64,000 bases of DNA, from assembly GCA_000165345.1 (NCBI GenBank), contig CM000436.1:1248001-1312000 (forward strand). The letters are read 5' to 3'. A program made the translations under genes and the position numbers. Within the stretch, counting starts at the first letter, position 1. Each line of letters begins with the position of its first letter. Below the pieces are notes generated by a model that ran no database searches, was not told where the DNA came from, and was given only the letters and a program-made list of their open reading frames with translations. Positions 1 through 11,014 of the stretch are shown one piece after another.

Positions 1-1075
1 CTATGTGGAAGAAAAAAAACAAACTAAAAATATAAAATTCAAAAAATAGGCAGAATCAATATAAATAATTTTTAAAATATCACATATTATTGCGTATTTA
101 TGATAACTAGTAGAAGTTCTAGCTGTTTTCTCACCCATTTAGCCTAAATACATTCTTCTGAATATTTTGTTAGGAAAAGTAAAAATTCCAAAATTACAGA
201 ATAAAACAGCTGAATTACTTAAAGTTTTTAAAATATTTTAACTAGTCTCAGATGACATGTATTTTAAATATCAGATATTGAAAACATGGTTTTCTAATAT
301 CAGCTAACCATAAAACAAATTCTGATTAAAAAACCAATATTAAATCAATTAACTTTTAAAAACAATCAAATTTTTGATTAGAGAAATACTACTTCATTAA
401 AAACTTCACCGAAAAATTGTGTAATTGATTAATTACTTAAAACGTGTAGGTCATATACCATTATTAATTGAAAGACAACATAAAAATAAACCAATGTATA
501 AATTGTGTATATTTGCCTATATTAAACATATATATATATTTATATATATGTAGATATGCTAACTTACTTAAATGCTGAAATTGACTTTATGACCTACTGA
601 ATCCATATATTTAAAATACTAGTTTCCGCTTTAAATAAAATAACCAGGTATCTAATAATGAGCCTTATTCACAGGCTTTTATAAACAATAAATGGATATT
701 AAGCTAAAATTATTGAAATTTAATGATTCTAGCCACACAAATAATAATTTAAACTCTGGTCTTGAATAAATATTACCACATCCTTCTAATAACCATTACA
801 ATTTTTAATATTTAAACATCGGAAATTAACAATAACATAACTTATGCTAAAATAAATCATCATTGTTAATCGTTCACATATCTTTATTAAAGTAACTGGT
901 ATATCCAATTAATATCGAAACAAAAAAAAATATGTATATTTTCGCGTATACATATACAGACGATATACATAACCAAATATCAATTCGTACAAAACTCTGG
1001 ATCATCCCTATATAAGCTATTATTCTATCCGGAACCCAATGAATAAAGTCCATATCAATTTCATTATAACCTTAA

Positions 1076-2005
1076 TTATTGTAATGTTCTTCTACGTCTA
1101 CGGTGTCTCATTCTTGTAGAACGACCACGAGTAGAAGTTACGCCTCTACCTGATTGATGAGTACGAAAATGGGAACGTGAAGTTGTATGAGCTGATGGAA
1201 GCCTTGTTTGAGATTGCGAAAATTCAGATTGGAGTGAGGACGAAGTAGATGGAGTTTGAGGAGAAAATGGATGTGAACTGCTATGTTGGCGAGATGAAGC
1301 AATTCTCGCACTTCTCCTTGCTTTGGTATGTTTCTCCTTTATTAATAAGTAGTTATTGTAAACAGAAGCTAGGGAAGCTTCTAACTCAGTAAGCAATTCT
1401 TGCCTAGAAATAATATCAGAATAAGCATCAGAAAAAGCCCTTACTTCGTCTTCATCAGTACCGGGTGAATTCCTCTGTTTTTCCTCTAAATCAATCAGGG
1501 ATGCTTCTAAAGATTTAAGACTTTGCTTAACTGTTTTCCATTTTTTATAGCATATTTTGGCTTGACTACTAACAAAGGCAAGTATTTGCTCAGAAGAAAC
1601 ATCTTCCCTAGAAACTCCGTTATTCTCGAATTCAGTAAGAACCAATTCCATTAACTGAGCTTCAGTTAAATGCTCTGGTTTGTGAAAAGCTGAAATATCC
1701 TCCAATGAAAATTTAAGGAAATCAAGTGTACTAAAACAAGATGTTTCACAGTCTTCTAATCGAAGCCTACGTGAAGGTCGATGTCCAGAAGAACTAGAAT
1801 CATGTTCATCGCTTGATAGTTTTCTCTTTCTCTCATTGGGTGGCGATTGGCCAGATCCTGATGTAGAACCTGCTGCAGAATTTATTTGAGCATAACTGAA
1901 GACATAATAGTTTAAGCTCTGTATATCTGTATTCAATGTAGGGCAAATAGAAATATTAGCAAGGGCAACAACAGATAGTATTAATAATGAAATGATTGAG
2001 TTCAT
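1076..2005 (-). CDS. Hypothetical secreted Ser/Arg-rich protein. The true ATG is at 2005; the track ORF starts at an upstream GTG.
   Basis: ORF 1076..2017. The first real ATG gives MNSIISLLILSVVALANISIC, a classic N-terminal signal peptide. The rest is low-complexity Ser-rich with an Arg-rich C-terminal tail. I recognise no domain. Confidence 0.45.
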   Translation of the reverse strand: MNSIISLLILSVVALANISICPTLNTDIQSLNYYVFSYAQINSAAGSTSGSGQSPPNERKRKLSSDEHDSSSSGHRPSRRLRLEDCETSCFSTLDFLKFSLEDISAFHKPEHLTEAQLMELVLTEFENNGVSREDVSSEQILAFVSSQAKICYKKWKTVKQSLKSLEASLIDLEEKQRNSPGTDEDEVRAFSDAYSDIISRQELLTELEASLASVYNNYLLIKEKHTKARRSARIASSRQHSSSHPFSPQTPSTSSSLQSEFSQSQTRLPSAHTTSRSHFRTHQSGRGVTSTRGRSTRMRHRRRRRTLQ

Positions 2006-3092
2006 TAACTCAAACACGATACTTTTGCCTTTAACAAAAGATCATTTCTCAAAAGGGGTGAAGTAATACATAAAAGATTTTTCTGACCTCTGGCCCCAAA
2101 TAACAACTGCCTTGCCTTTAACACTTAAAAGATCTTCCAGGGTGACAAATTGATTAAGTACTTCTTACTTTTATTTTAAATATTACTCTTCGTGACAATT
2201 ACTTTCAAAAGTATCGTCTCTTTTTTGGCTCCAAATTTGGAGCCAAAAATTGTATTACCAATTAATTTAATAGTTATTGAAAGCTATTTAAACTTGTAAA
2301 TATATCAAATAAAAACTAAATTGTATTCAGTCAACTAAATTAACTATTTATTTGAAAAAAATACTATTAATTTGGCTCTAAATATGATAATTTAAAAATA
2401 AATATATATAATAAATATAAAAGTATAATTTAGCACTTAACTTTAGTTACTAAGAAGTAATATCAACAGCAATAATAATAATGACGATTATTATTATTAC
2501 TTTGAAATAGTCTGTATTTTAGTTTCAAGGAATTAATTGATTTCAAGAACCACTTTAATATTTCAATGTACAATTGCACTAAAATTTAATGTGTATCCTA
2601 AACTTCTTTTTTAATCTTTATTATAGTAGTAACTTTGATTAAATGTTTGCTACTGTGCATGATTACGAAATTTATTGGCTTTGTTCATAACTGTATTTTA
2701 TAGTTTGTTTTCTTACGACTACATGCACTTCAATCAAATTATAGGATCCTATTCCCCTAGGATTTGTCATATAAGCGCCTCCAAAACTGCTAAATCTAAA
2801 CAACTATATTTTTGATGGGTAAAATAACTATAAATTAGCTTCGTAGATTTGAATAATGGAAAAAAACTTAAAAACAAGCAATATTTATATGTATATGTTC
2901 CAATTTTTTAAAAAAATGGCGTAGTAGTATAATCCAAAACTGAAAATATGAATTAGATGGAGTTGCAAAAACCCGCAATATCAATGTAGCATGAGAAAAC
3001 AACTCATTTTTAAACCAACCCGCAATTATAAAAATACCTTACCTTTCTTAATTTGTAAAAACACCTTCTGGCGCCCAAAGTTGCCACATAGT

Positions 3093-3100
3093 TGGCGCCA
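3093..3100. promoter_or_regulatory. Palindromic E2F-like box TGGCGCCA, with a second TGGCGCCC box at 3069..3076
   Basis: Two GGCGCC boxes 24 bp apart, about 160-190 bp upstream of the 3256 ATG. The same TGGCGCCA or TTGGCGCCAA core recurs at 23462, 24462, 28374, 48995 (ATTGGCGCCAAT), 51686, 53688 and 55622, and as TGGCGCCC at 31669. All occurrences are intergenic. Confidence 0.4.
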
Positions 3101-3255
3101 TGTCAAAGTTAAAGTTACATGCAATAAATTCGTTGATTGCATGCGAATAAGCAATATTGGTGGCAGTAAAATTATTAAGAGTGAAATAAGGAGGAAGGAA
3201 GTTATTTACTTGATTAATAGTGCCTTTTAAAATTTTGCATAAAGGTAGAAAATAG

Positions 3256-6200
3256 ATGTCAATAAAACTTCCGGTTATAGAAATTCCGAATGAATTTCTA
3301 GAAAATTCATTTGAAAAGCCAGAGCAAGCAATAGTAGCAGAAGATTCCAAATTAACTTCAAATAGTAAGAAACATGTACTAAAAGTTAATCCAGATTTAT
3401 GGTTTGAGGAGATTCTTGATAAGAATAATAGTACAACATTTGAGAAGGAGATAACATGCAGAAACCTAAATCTTCTAAAAACAGCTTCAATATTTATTGG
3501 GAAACAAAAATTAAAGCTAAAGCGCGCAAGGTCAATAGAAACTAGCTCAAAATCACAAGATTTATTCAGTATTCCAGATGGAGCAAATGAGTTGGAAACC
3601 CCTCCAGTAAGTTGGGATGTAAGTGAGGACCATCCTTTAAAGTCTAGTTTGACTCCTGGACCACCAAGTAGATCATGTTTAAGTAATAATTGGTATCAAA
3701 GATTGAATTGGGTTTGGAGAGATGGATATTCAATAGTGAATTCAAAAAGTGATAATGCAATGGAAGACCCCAAATATATTGAGCATGATTTATCTTTTAT
3801 TCAAGAAATAGGTAAATTCTACGCAGCAGCTAGAGCTTCAGCAGTTGCTTTAATACATTGTCAGCCAACATTTAATTTTGGAGTTGCCAAAGCTTTTTAC
3901 GAGGTAACAAAGGCTTCAAATGAAAATTTGTGGAGTATTTACTGCCCACTATTTACAGATGACCGTGTTTTCATTTTTGATAGTATTGTTTTTACTGTTA
4001 TACTTGGAAGCAAGAGGAATGGAATTTCCAAAGAAGTAGCAAAAAGATTATATAATAATGAGTTCAAGTCTAAAAAAGCCTTTTGTGACATTTTAATTCA
4101 AATTGGTGCAAAAGCATTATTTGCACTTCCAATCTGCGCAATTGTCAAATACATGGGATATAGCGTCCTTTGTGAACCATTGGTTCCTTTTAATCCAAAG
4201 CCTAAAGACGTATTAAAAGATTTACTACAATCTGCATCAATACCACAAAATATGATATCAACTCTTGAAGATAAATACGAAAAGAATGATGAGCTATATG
4301 TGGTTAATTCAAAAAGCAAGAAAGATGTTAATATTTTGTTCGACTCGCTATTAACATATAATCCAGAGCTAGCAAATCAATTAGATTTTGTTGCAAAGCA
4401 ATTAAACATTCAAGGCTGGCCATTTCCTATGGAAACAACAGATTTGTATGAACATTATGGGATCAAATATGTATTCAAAATCTGGCAACATAGATCAGAT
4501 GGATTATATATTACAAGACATTGTGGTGAACTGCTTCCTGTATATATTGATGAAAATCAAGAAATACAACCATTAAGAAGGTTACGTGAAGAATTTTTAA
4601 TAACATATACCTCTTCTTCATTACCTTCAACAGTTTCTGTGCCATTATTTTTGAATTCAAATACAGGTGATCCGACAAATGATTATATTAATAAAGGATT
4701 TGATTCACAATTTGGAGCAAGAAGGGTTAGAGAAGGCTCAAATTCAAGGCTAAATGTGTTGTATAATGCGAGCCAAGCTATGAGAATTAGATTATTAAAA
4801 GATCTTTTACCAACTATAAATGAATTATATGTTGGATTTCATGATCCATGGGAAATTACGGAGCTCCTACATAATTATGGTATTAATTTAAATTATGGAT
4901 TAGGTAGTCTTGCTCAAGGAAAAGTCATTGAGCCAATACGTAATACAGCTATTAGAGAAATTATTGCAAGAACTATTAAAAGATTATGGGAAGAGGAAAT
5001 GCATATATCATTTAGAGATCAAACATTAATCAATGAGGAGACTATTCAGATTATATTAATTGATTATTTTAACAAAATAATGTGCAATACAGATGAATCA
5101 AATATTTACTGGAATTCTAAAATTATACCATCAGCAATAAAAAGATTTCAACTAAATACAAATAAGAATATTATCAGCAAATCAAATGTACAACTGACTA
5201 CATTATTCTATTCATTACAATTTCATATTGGAGTACAATTTAATACTAAAGTAGTTAATACTGATGGTACATTAAGATTACCACTTAAAATTGATGATTT
5301 ATGTGATTTTACTGGAATTAATATTGGGGTTGATTATTTATTCCCACAAGTTAAATATTTAAAGTATACATTAGCAAGAACACAAAGGCTTAAACGTGAT
5401 TCATTTATGGAATCAATAAAAAACTCTAATTCAAAAAAAATGCCAATTTTAACTTTATTTAGTAATCAAACTAATGCATATTTAGTTAATCAAAATAAAG
5501 ATGATAATTTTACTAAAGGTATGAATGGTCAAGTATGGGCATGGAATGAAACAGGAATAATACGTGGTTATTTTCCAAAAGTTAAGATAGTAGTACCAAG
5601 AACATTAAAAAGTATTAATATATCTAAAACAATATTATGTAGATATATATGGAGGCTTCGTATACCAACTTGGAATCGTATATTTATTACATCATCAAAA
5701 GAATCAAAAGATAGTAAATTAGAAGACAAATTATTTACATCATCAAGTATTTTATGTAATCCAATATACATTAATACAGTAACTATGGGAAATATAAGTC
5801 CATTAAGAGCAAGCTTGGAAGGATTTGCTACACCATGTCATCCAATGTGTAAACCAATTTATGCGAAAGATAATAAAGTAATGAATAAAATTGAAAATAA
5901 TATTACATGTCAATTTCATTACGATTGTTATAAAGCATTATACTTTTTACTTATTGCAAAGCGTTTAATTGGTGAAAGTATTGAAAGAATTTTATTTTTA
6001 ATCTTAAATAATGGATTTTTGGCTCTACAACATAATAAATTGGATGAATGTTTGAGTATATGTCAATTAGCATTTTCATGTACCCCAGAAATTCCAAAGT
6101 ATCAAGTATTAATTATTGCATTAAAAATTCAGTGTTTAATAAAATATAATAAATTAGAAGAAGCAACCACGGAATTTAATTTTATGAGAAAATTAATACT

Positions 6201-8259
6201 TCAATTATATGGCAATCATAGAAATTGTTTAATATTAGTAAAATTACAATTATGTTTTTCTCTATTATATTTTGTGAATGGTAATTTTCAAGAATGTTAT
6301 ACTAATTCAAAAAATGTTGAAAAGATATTGACACCATTATTAAGTGAGGTTTCTGAAGATGATTCAATACATTGGATGATTATTATTGCTTTAAGATTTA
6401 TTGCTTTATCATCATTACAATTAGGAAATTATGCTCAATGTATTGTTGTAGGTGAAAGAATGTTAAGATCAACAATCAAAAGAAATACAAAACAAGTATA
6501 TTTGGAATCTATTTGTAGATACATTATTGGTGAAGCAACAATTAGATGCGGTAGATACGATAATGCATTAAAAATATTAGTAAATTCTATACCAGAATTA
6601 GATAGTTTCATGGGCCCAAGTCATAAATTTACTATAAAATTATTAATGATGGCAACAAGATGTAAGATTATTTTGGGTTGTAGAGATTTAATGTTTCCAC
6701 CATTAAATTTACAAGATAGAGAAACAGAAGTTGACAATGATTATCAATTCCAAATTGTATATGATTTATTTTGTATTGAACAAAATGCTTCAAATATTAA
6801 TGAAGATGATATATTTCTTAATAATAACAGAAATAAATATTATTATTATGATGAGAAATTTATGGCCAAATCAAGAAATTGGACAAAATTCCCTATTTTA
6901 TTAAAATATGATGATTTATTAATTATGGAAAAATCTATTTTTGATACAAAAACTGCAAAACACAGAGAAGATGCATTACTAATGTGTAGATCATTAATTA
7001 ATCGAATTATGGCAAATATAAGAGGTACAGGAAGTATATTAAATACAAATCATGAATATAATGAAAATGATCGACAAATATGGTATAATCGTTTAATGTG
7101 GGTATTAAAACATGAAATTATTATATCATTATTATCTCTTTCACAAATTGATAATGTTCGTTTATTATCTTCTATTAGATCTATAGCTGTTAGTTCAAGT
7201 GCATCACCATTTGTTAAAGATTTAACATTTGGAAGAAGAATTAAACCAAAAAATGATGATAATTATTGTTATTCAAATCAAAATCCTGGAAATAAATTAA
7301 ATATTGATAATTTATCACAAAGAATAATTAATAAAAGAATTACTGATTTTACTGATTATGGTTATATTGATTATTGTAATATTAATACAAATATACAAGA
7401 AAATATTATAAGTAAGAATATTATAGAAAATGGTATAGGAAGATCAACCGATTATCTAGGTGCTTCAGTAGTTATGAGTCCAAGACAAATGGGCCATATT
7501 TCACAAGAAAAAGAAAATTTTTGGGAATTATTAACATGTGAACCAACTATGACTATTATTGATATATGTGGGCATGTATATAAATTATTAGTAGAAAAAA
7601 AAATTTCTAGTGCTTATGAATGGTGTATTGAAATTATCAGAAATGTATCAGCTGGAAAATCTGATACTTATGAAATTAATATTGTATTAAATTTAATGCG
7701 TATATTATTATCTAAATTTCATAAGAAATATCTTATTGCTTCATTATATCCAGATTTATTAACATCTTCAGAAGATAATGAATATGAGAAGAGTAAAAAT
7801 AAATATGGATTAAACATATTTCAAAATTATTACAATAATCATCATTTTGATAATTATATTGAAGGAAATTATATTAATGGTATACAAAATAATGAACAAA
7901 ATATTAATTATAGAAATAATGTATTAAGTAAAAATTATAATAGAGATGAAAATGCTTCAAAATATGGAAATAATAAAAATATTATTAATAAAAATTACGG
8001 ATCATTTCATAACATTAATAATCAAAATAATTTTGATAGAAATGATAATAATATGTCAAGTATTGATTATTCAATATTACCACAATATAGTACAGAAGTT
8101 GCTGCTAATATAATGTTACCAATGGAGGAAGGAATTAAAGTTATCGATATTAATAATGATATACGTTGGAAAGATCCATATAGAAATTATAAATATTTTG
8201 ATTCACAATTACAAAAAAGTGCACTATTGTATTTGCCAAAAGAAGTATATGAAAAGTAA
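3256..8259 (+). CDS. Large 1667-aa protein, possibly CLU (clustered mitochondria) family-like, with a central Clu-like segment, C-terminal TPR-like helical repeats and an Asn-rich low-complexity tail.
   Basis: Uninterrupted 5-kb ORF starting at a real ATG. The segment HRSDGLYITRHCGELLPVYIDEN resembles the Clu-domain DGR.Y.LDL.R.FP core. Residues about 880-1100 form paired amphipathic helices (TPR-like). The C-terminus is N/Y-rich low complexity. Family assignment is tentative. Confidence 0.4.
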   Translation: MSIKLPVIEIPNEFLENSFEKPEQAIVAEDSKLTSNSKKHVLKVNPDLWFEEILDKNNSTTFEKEITCRNLNLLKTASIFIGKQKLKLKRARSIETSSKSQDLFSIPDGANELETPPVSWDVSEDHPLKSSLTPGPPSRSCLSNNWYQRLNWVWRDGYSIVNSKSDNAMEDPKYIEHDLSFIQEIGKFYAAARASAVALIHCQPTFNFGVAKAFYEVTKASNENLWSIYCPLFTDDRVFIFDSIVFTVILGSKRNGISKEVAKRLYNNEFKSKKAFCDILIQIGAKALFALPICAIVKYMGYSVLCEPLVPFNPKPKDVLKDLLQSASIPQNMISTLEDKYEKNDELYVVNSKSKKDVNILFDSLLTYNPELANQLDFVAKQLNIQGWPFPMETTDLYEHYGIKYVFKIWQHRSDGLYITRHCGELLPVYIDENQEIQPLRRLREEFLITYTSSSLPSTVSVPLFLNSNTGDPTNDYINKGFDSQFGARRVREGSNSRLNVLYNASQAMRIRLLKDLLPTINELYVGFHDPWEITELLHNYGINLNYGLGSLAQGKVIEPIRNTAIREIIARTIKRLWEEEMHISFRDQTLINEETIQIILIDYFNKIMCNTDESNIYWNSKIIPSAIKRFQLNTNKNIISKSNVQLTTLFYSLQFHIGVQFNTKVVNTDGTLRLPLKIDDLCDFTGINIGVDYLFPQVKYLKYTLARTQRLKRDSFMESIKNSNSKKMPILTLFSNQTNAYLVNQNKDDNFTKGMNGQVWAWNETGIIRGYFPKVKIVVPRTLKSINISKTILCRYIWRLRIPTWNRIFITSSKESKDSKLEDKLFTSSSILCNPIYINTVTMGNISPLRASLEGFATPCHPMCKPIYAKDNKVMNKIENNITCQFHYDCYKALYFLLIAKRLIGESIERILFLILNNGFLALQHNKLDECLSICQLAFSCTPEIPKYQVLIIALKIQCLIKYNKLEEATTEFNFMRKLILQLYGNHRNCLILVKLQLCFSLLYFVNGNFQECYTNSKNVEKILTPLLSEVSEDDSIHWMIIIALRFIALSSLQLGNYAQCIVVGERMLRSTIKRNTKQVYLESICRYIIGEATIRCGRYDNALKILVNSIPELDSFMGPSHKFTIKLLMMATRCKIILGCRDLMFPPLNLQDRETEVDNDYQFQIVYDLFCIEQNASNINEDDIFLNNNRNKYYYYDEKFMAKSRNWTKFPILLKYDDLLIMEKSIFDTKTAKHREDALLMCRSLINRIMANIRGTGSILNTNHEYNENDRQIWYNRLMWVLKHEIIISLLSLSQIDNVRLLSSIRSIAVSSSASPFVKDLTFGRRIKPKNDDNYCYSNQNPGNKLNIDNLSQRIINKRITDFTDYGYIDYCNINTNIQENIISKNIIENGIGRSTDYLGASVVMSPRQMGHISQEKENFWELLTCEPTMTIIDICGHVYKLLVEKKISSAYEWCIEIIRNVSAGKSDTYEINIVLNLMRILLSKFHKKYLIASLYPDLLTSSEDNEYEKSKNKYGLNIFQNYYNNHHFDNYIEGNYINGIQNNEQNINYRNNVLSKNYNRDENASKYGNNKNIINKNYGSFHNINNQNNFDRNDNNMSSIDYSILPQYSTEVAANIMLPMEEGIKVIDINNDIRWKDPYRNYKYFDSQLQKSALLYLPKEVYEK

Positions 8260-8292
8260 TCAAATTATAGTAAGCACACCCGTGTATTAGTT

Positions 8293-8364
8293 GGCCCTGT
8301 AGTGTAATGGTTATCACCCAGGATTCTGATTCCTGTGATCTGGGTTCGATTCCCAGCAGGGCCT
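8293..8364 (+). tRNA. tRNA-Gln (anticodon CUG)
   Basis: 72-nt cloverleaf. Acceptor GGCCCTG pairs with CAGGGCC. The D arm is AGTGTAATGGTTATCAC. The anticodon stem CAGGA/TCCTG carries loop TTCTGAT, giving anticodon CTG. The T arm is TGGGTTCGATTCCCA and the discriminator is T. A T-run follows at 8367-8370. Confidence 0.85.
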
Positions 8365-8714
8365 CTTTTACTCGTGCTTTTCTCCACTAAGCGCGCTCTT
8401 TTGTTTTATTTATATTTCAATATTACTTTCAAGTTATATTATAAATATAAGTGTGAAAATATTAAATGGAGAAAAATATTTTGAAAAATAAAGAAATACC
8501 ACCAAGTTTTACAACAACTAATGGCAATAGAAATATTCTTTAAAATTTAAAAAAATTTGTTAGTAAGTAACCAAATAGAATTCATTGCAATAAATATTTG
8601 TATGTACCATGTATGCATGGGAAAAAAAAAATGTATATAAATATAATTTATTATAAGGTATTTAATAGGATATATATGAAATAAATAAAGTAGTAATAAT
8701 TGAAATATAGAGTA

Positions 8715-9095
8715 TTATTTGTTGTATTGTTTTGTTTTCGTTTTCTTGAGCTGTTTGATCAATTCATCCTTTTCTTGAATTAGTTTGTCTTTCCTCTGTA
8801 TTTCTTCCTTAGCGGTTTTGAAAAGACAATAAATGTTATTAGTAAGAATCTGTAGTTCATTCTCAAGTCCATGCATTCTTCTCAAGTAAATTTCGCAAGA
8901 AGAACATCTAAATTCTAATTTGGGATCAGAAGGATCAGAGGTCGGGGTTAATGGATTTAGTTGATATTCAGAGTCCGTTAAGTTTGATGAAGTGGGAGAG
9001 ACTGGCGAGGTCGAAGCCTGGTTAAGCTCCCAAATAGCAAATTGGCTAGTATCAAAACTTGACGAGTCTTTTGCAAACTCTGAATTAGATTGCAT
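8715..9095 (-). CDS. Hypothetical small protein with a C-terminal coiled coil. The true ATG is at 9095; the track start at 9110 is TTG.
   Basis: ORF 8715..9110. The first ATG gives MQSNSEF... The N-terminal half is Ser/Thr/Pro-rich. The C-terminal half contains CSSCEIYLRRMHGLENELQ followed by a K/E-rich heptad region. Confidence 0.35.
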   Translation of the reverse strand: MQSNSEFAKDSSSFDTSQFAIWELNQASTSPVSPTSSNLTDSEYQLNPLTPTSDPSDPKLEFRCSSCEIYLRRMHGLENELQILTNNIYCLFKTAKEEIQRKDKLIQEKDELIKQLKKTKTKQYNK

Positions 9096-9187
9096 GTACA
9101 AAACTTTCAAATATATAAATAAGAGAATTTATCTATTCACTAATTAATTAATATAAAGCATCGCTATATTATATTAACATTAATAAG

Positions 9188-9200
9188 TTTTGGCGGGAAA
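9188..9200. promoter_or_regulatory. E2F-type site TTTTGGCGGGAAA
   Basis: Exact match to the canonical E2F element TTTGGCGGGAA, about 90 bp upstream of the ATG of the 8715..9095 gene. Confidence 0.4.
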
Positions 9201-9248
9201 TACTGCCATTTGTAATGTTTGACAAGGTATACATGTAATTAAAATGAT

Positions 9249-10385
9249 TTAAGGAGAAAGAACTTTTTGAATGAGAGTTTGCTTAAGAATATCAATATTG
9301 ATATTAATGAGAGATGTATTTTTGACATGCTCATTTCTTATAACGCATGCAAGAACAATATTATGGTCGATTGATTGAATATGAAGAAGATGTCCAGAAT
9401 CAAGGTTAATGGAGCATGAGATCCCAGATGAGCTTCTTGACAAAGAACAATTTGGTGCGTATATTTCGTTAATTTCAGAAATGACATTGAGGATATCAGC
9501 GCATAGTTCGAATCCAATAGGATCGAAAAGAGATGAGTCGCTGGCAACAAATGTTCTGGAATAAATATCCATAAGGAAAGCCTTTTCCAAAGAAGAAGAA
9601 ATGACTAGAACATCTAGAAGTTTCTCAAGTATTTGAGTAAATGGTGAGATTTTCTGTGTGACTTTGCTGAAAGCTTCTAAAAGAGAATCATTATATATAG
9701 AGGTAAAGTGGTATCTAATGTCAATTTCAAAGCCGTGTTGGAAAATAAAGCTTGAGATTTTTTCATGGATATCTCTTTGAGATTCCAAGTGGGCTCCATC
9801 CAATGAAAATGTCTCATTGTCAGTTTTATGAAGGAAAACTTCAAAAGTGATTCCAGGTTTAACTTGGATAGCATTTTGGAAAAGTCTTTTAGCCCTTAAA
9901 ATTTCCGTATTATAGGGATAATTTTGGGAATCAATAACAAAAACTAATGATGAAACTTTACTGAAGATATCTTCCCCCAATAGGGAATCTTGGATCTGAC
10001 CAGTCCCAGGTAAATCAATGATTCCAAAACAAGGAAGAATTTTTGACTCATTCTTAATCAAAGTAATACTTCCTGATTGGGTTGGATATAAAGAAACTGT
10101 CTCGTGTGGAGAAACTTTATCATACAATACTTTAATTATGGAAGTCTTCCCACTACTCCCCAATCCACATAGCATAATTAATGGTATATCATTTTCTAAT
10201 ATAATCTTTCTATCAGCTTCTTCAGGAAAGATTTTGTAAATTGAGGATTCTACCAAGTTGGAATTATTTTTTTCCAATAATTGACTTCCCAAAAGTAGAT
10301 GGTTAGAGTTTCCTGTAGTTAAGGCAGTCTTGTCACTTTCTACATTTAAATTAAGATCATTATTTCTTAATGTATCTGAAATCAT
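9249..10385 (-). CDS. Rag-family small GTPase, RagC/D (Gtr2)-like. The true ATG is at 10385.
   Basis: G1 motif GLGSSGKTS lies in PLIMLCGLGSSGKTSIIKVLYDKVSPHETVSLYPT, close to RagC [34 protein letters not shown]. G3 is DLPGTGQ. G4 is LHKTD, the HKxD form typical of Rag GTPases. The C-terminal roughly 150 aa are roadblock-like. The track ORF 9249..10418 starts at TTG. Confidence 0.55.
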   Translation of the reverse strand: MISDTLRNNDLNLNVESDKTALTTGNSNHLLLGSQLLEKNNSNLVESSIYKIFPEEADRKIILENDIPLIMLCGLGSSGKTSIIKVLYDKVSPHETVSLYPTQSGSITLIKNESKILPCFGIIDLPGTGQIQDSLLGEDIFSKVSSLVFVIDSQNYPYNTEILRAKRLFQNAIQVKPGITFEVFLHKTDNETFSLDGAHLESQRDIHEKISSFIFQHGFEIDIRYHFTSIYNDSLLEAFSKVTQKISPFTQILEKLLDVLVISSSLEKAFLMDIYSRTFVASDSSLFDPIGFELCADILNVISEINEIYAPNCSLSRSSSGISCSINLDSGHLLHIQSIDHNIVLACVIRNEHVKNTSLININIDILKQTLIQKVLSP

Positions 10386-10743
10386 TCTTTTTCTGATAAA
10401 CTTTAAATGAAAATCCAATACTCTAGTTATATAAATTAAAAAGACTAGTTTTCTCCTTTTTCAAACCTAATTCAATACGTTCTCTTTAAGGACTTCACCC
10501 CACACAAATTCATAGAAAACTTTGTTATTTCACTATTCTTAATTAAAACCTCTATATCAAAGGAACCAAAGGAGAATTAAAAATACCATTAGTTCAGTTC
10601 AATAGTTATTTGCCATACCAAACACTTTCCTAATACTATTTGCAACTTAACCTTTCAACCCCCTCTTCTATACATACCACTCATGCAAATTATCTCTCGG
10701 TATTCTATTATTATTTATGCTATTATATTGATTTATTTCTATT

Positions 10744-10772
10744 GGGCGGGCAATTTTGGCGGGCAATTTTGG
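10744..10772. promoter_or_regulatory. Tandem E2F-like GC boxes (GGGCGGGCAATTTTGGCGGGCAATTTTGG) in a divergent promoter region
   Basis: Two direct copies of GGCGGGCAATTTT. Each TTTTGGCGGGC matches the E2F consensus TTTSGCGC(G). The site sits between the RagC-like gene (minus, ATG 10385) and the acidic-tail gene (plus, ATG 11015). Confidence 0.4.
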
Positions 10773-11014
10773 AAATAAAGAAAAAATAGAGGCAGTAAAA
10801 AGAGAAAAGTCATAAATTGACCAAGTAGGCATTCGGAGAAAAGCGAAAGAAGAATTCAAGTCAGATTAGTTTTTCTTTGATTCTGCTTATATAATTAAGT
10901 TTATTGGTCTGCTCATCAATCTGATAGCAGTTATAGATTAGTTATTAGTAACTAATAGCTATAAGTTAATTCAATATTACGTAATTAGTTATTTAGAGGA
11001 GGAATCAAGATAAA

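Noticed and set aside
1-1075. Possible gene running off the 5-prime edge of the window
   Set aside because: All six frames are broken by frequent stops. The region is AT-rich intergenic DNA with no sustained coding signal.
2461-2500. AT-rich inverted repeat AATAATAATAAT-GACG-ATTATTATTATT
   Set aside because: It is made of simple AAT/ATT trinucleotide repeats, so the palindromy is a trivial consequence of microsatellite composition.
3048-3350. 100-aa minus-strand ORF and 79-aa plus-strand ORF at 2991..3230 upstream of or overlapping the start of the large CLU-like gene
   Set aside because: They lie in the promoter region containing two GGCGCC boxes and overlap the first 30 codons of the 3256 gene. 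There is no homology and the composition is AT-rich junk.
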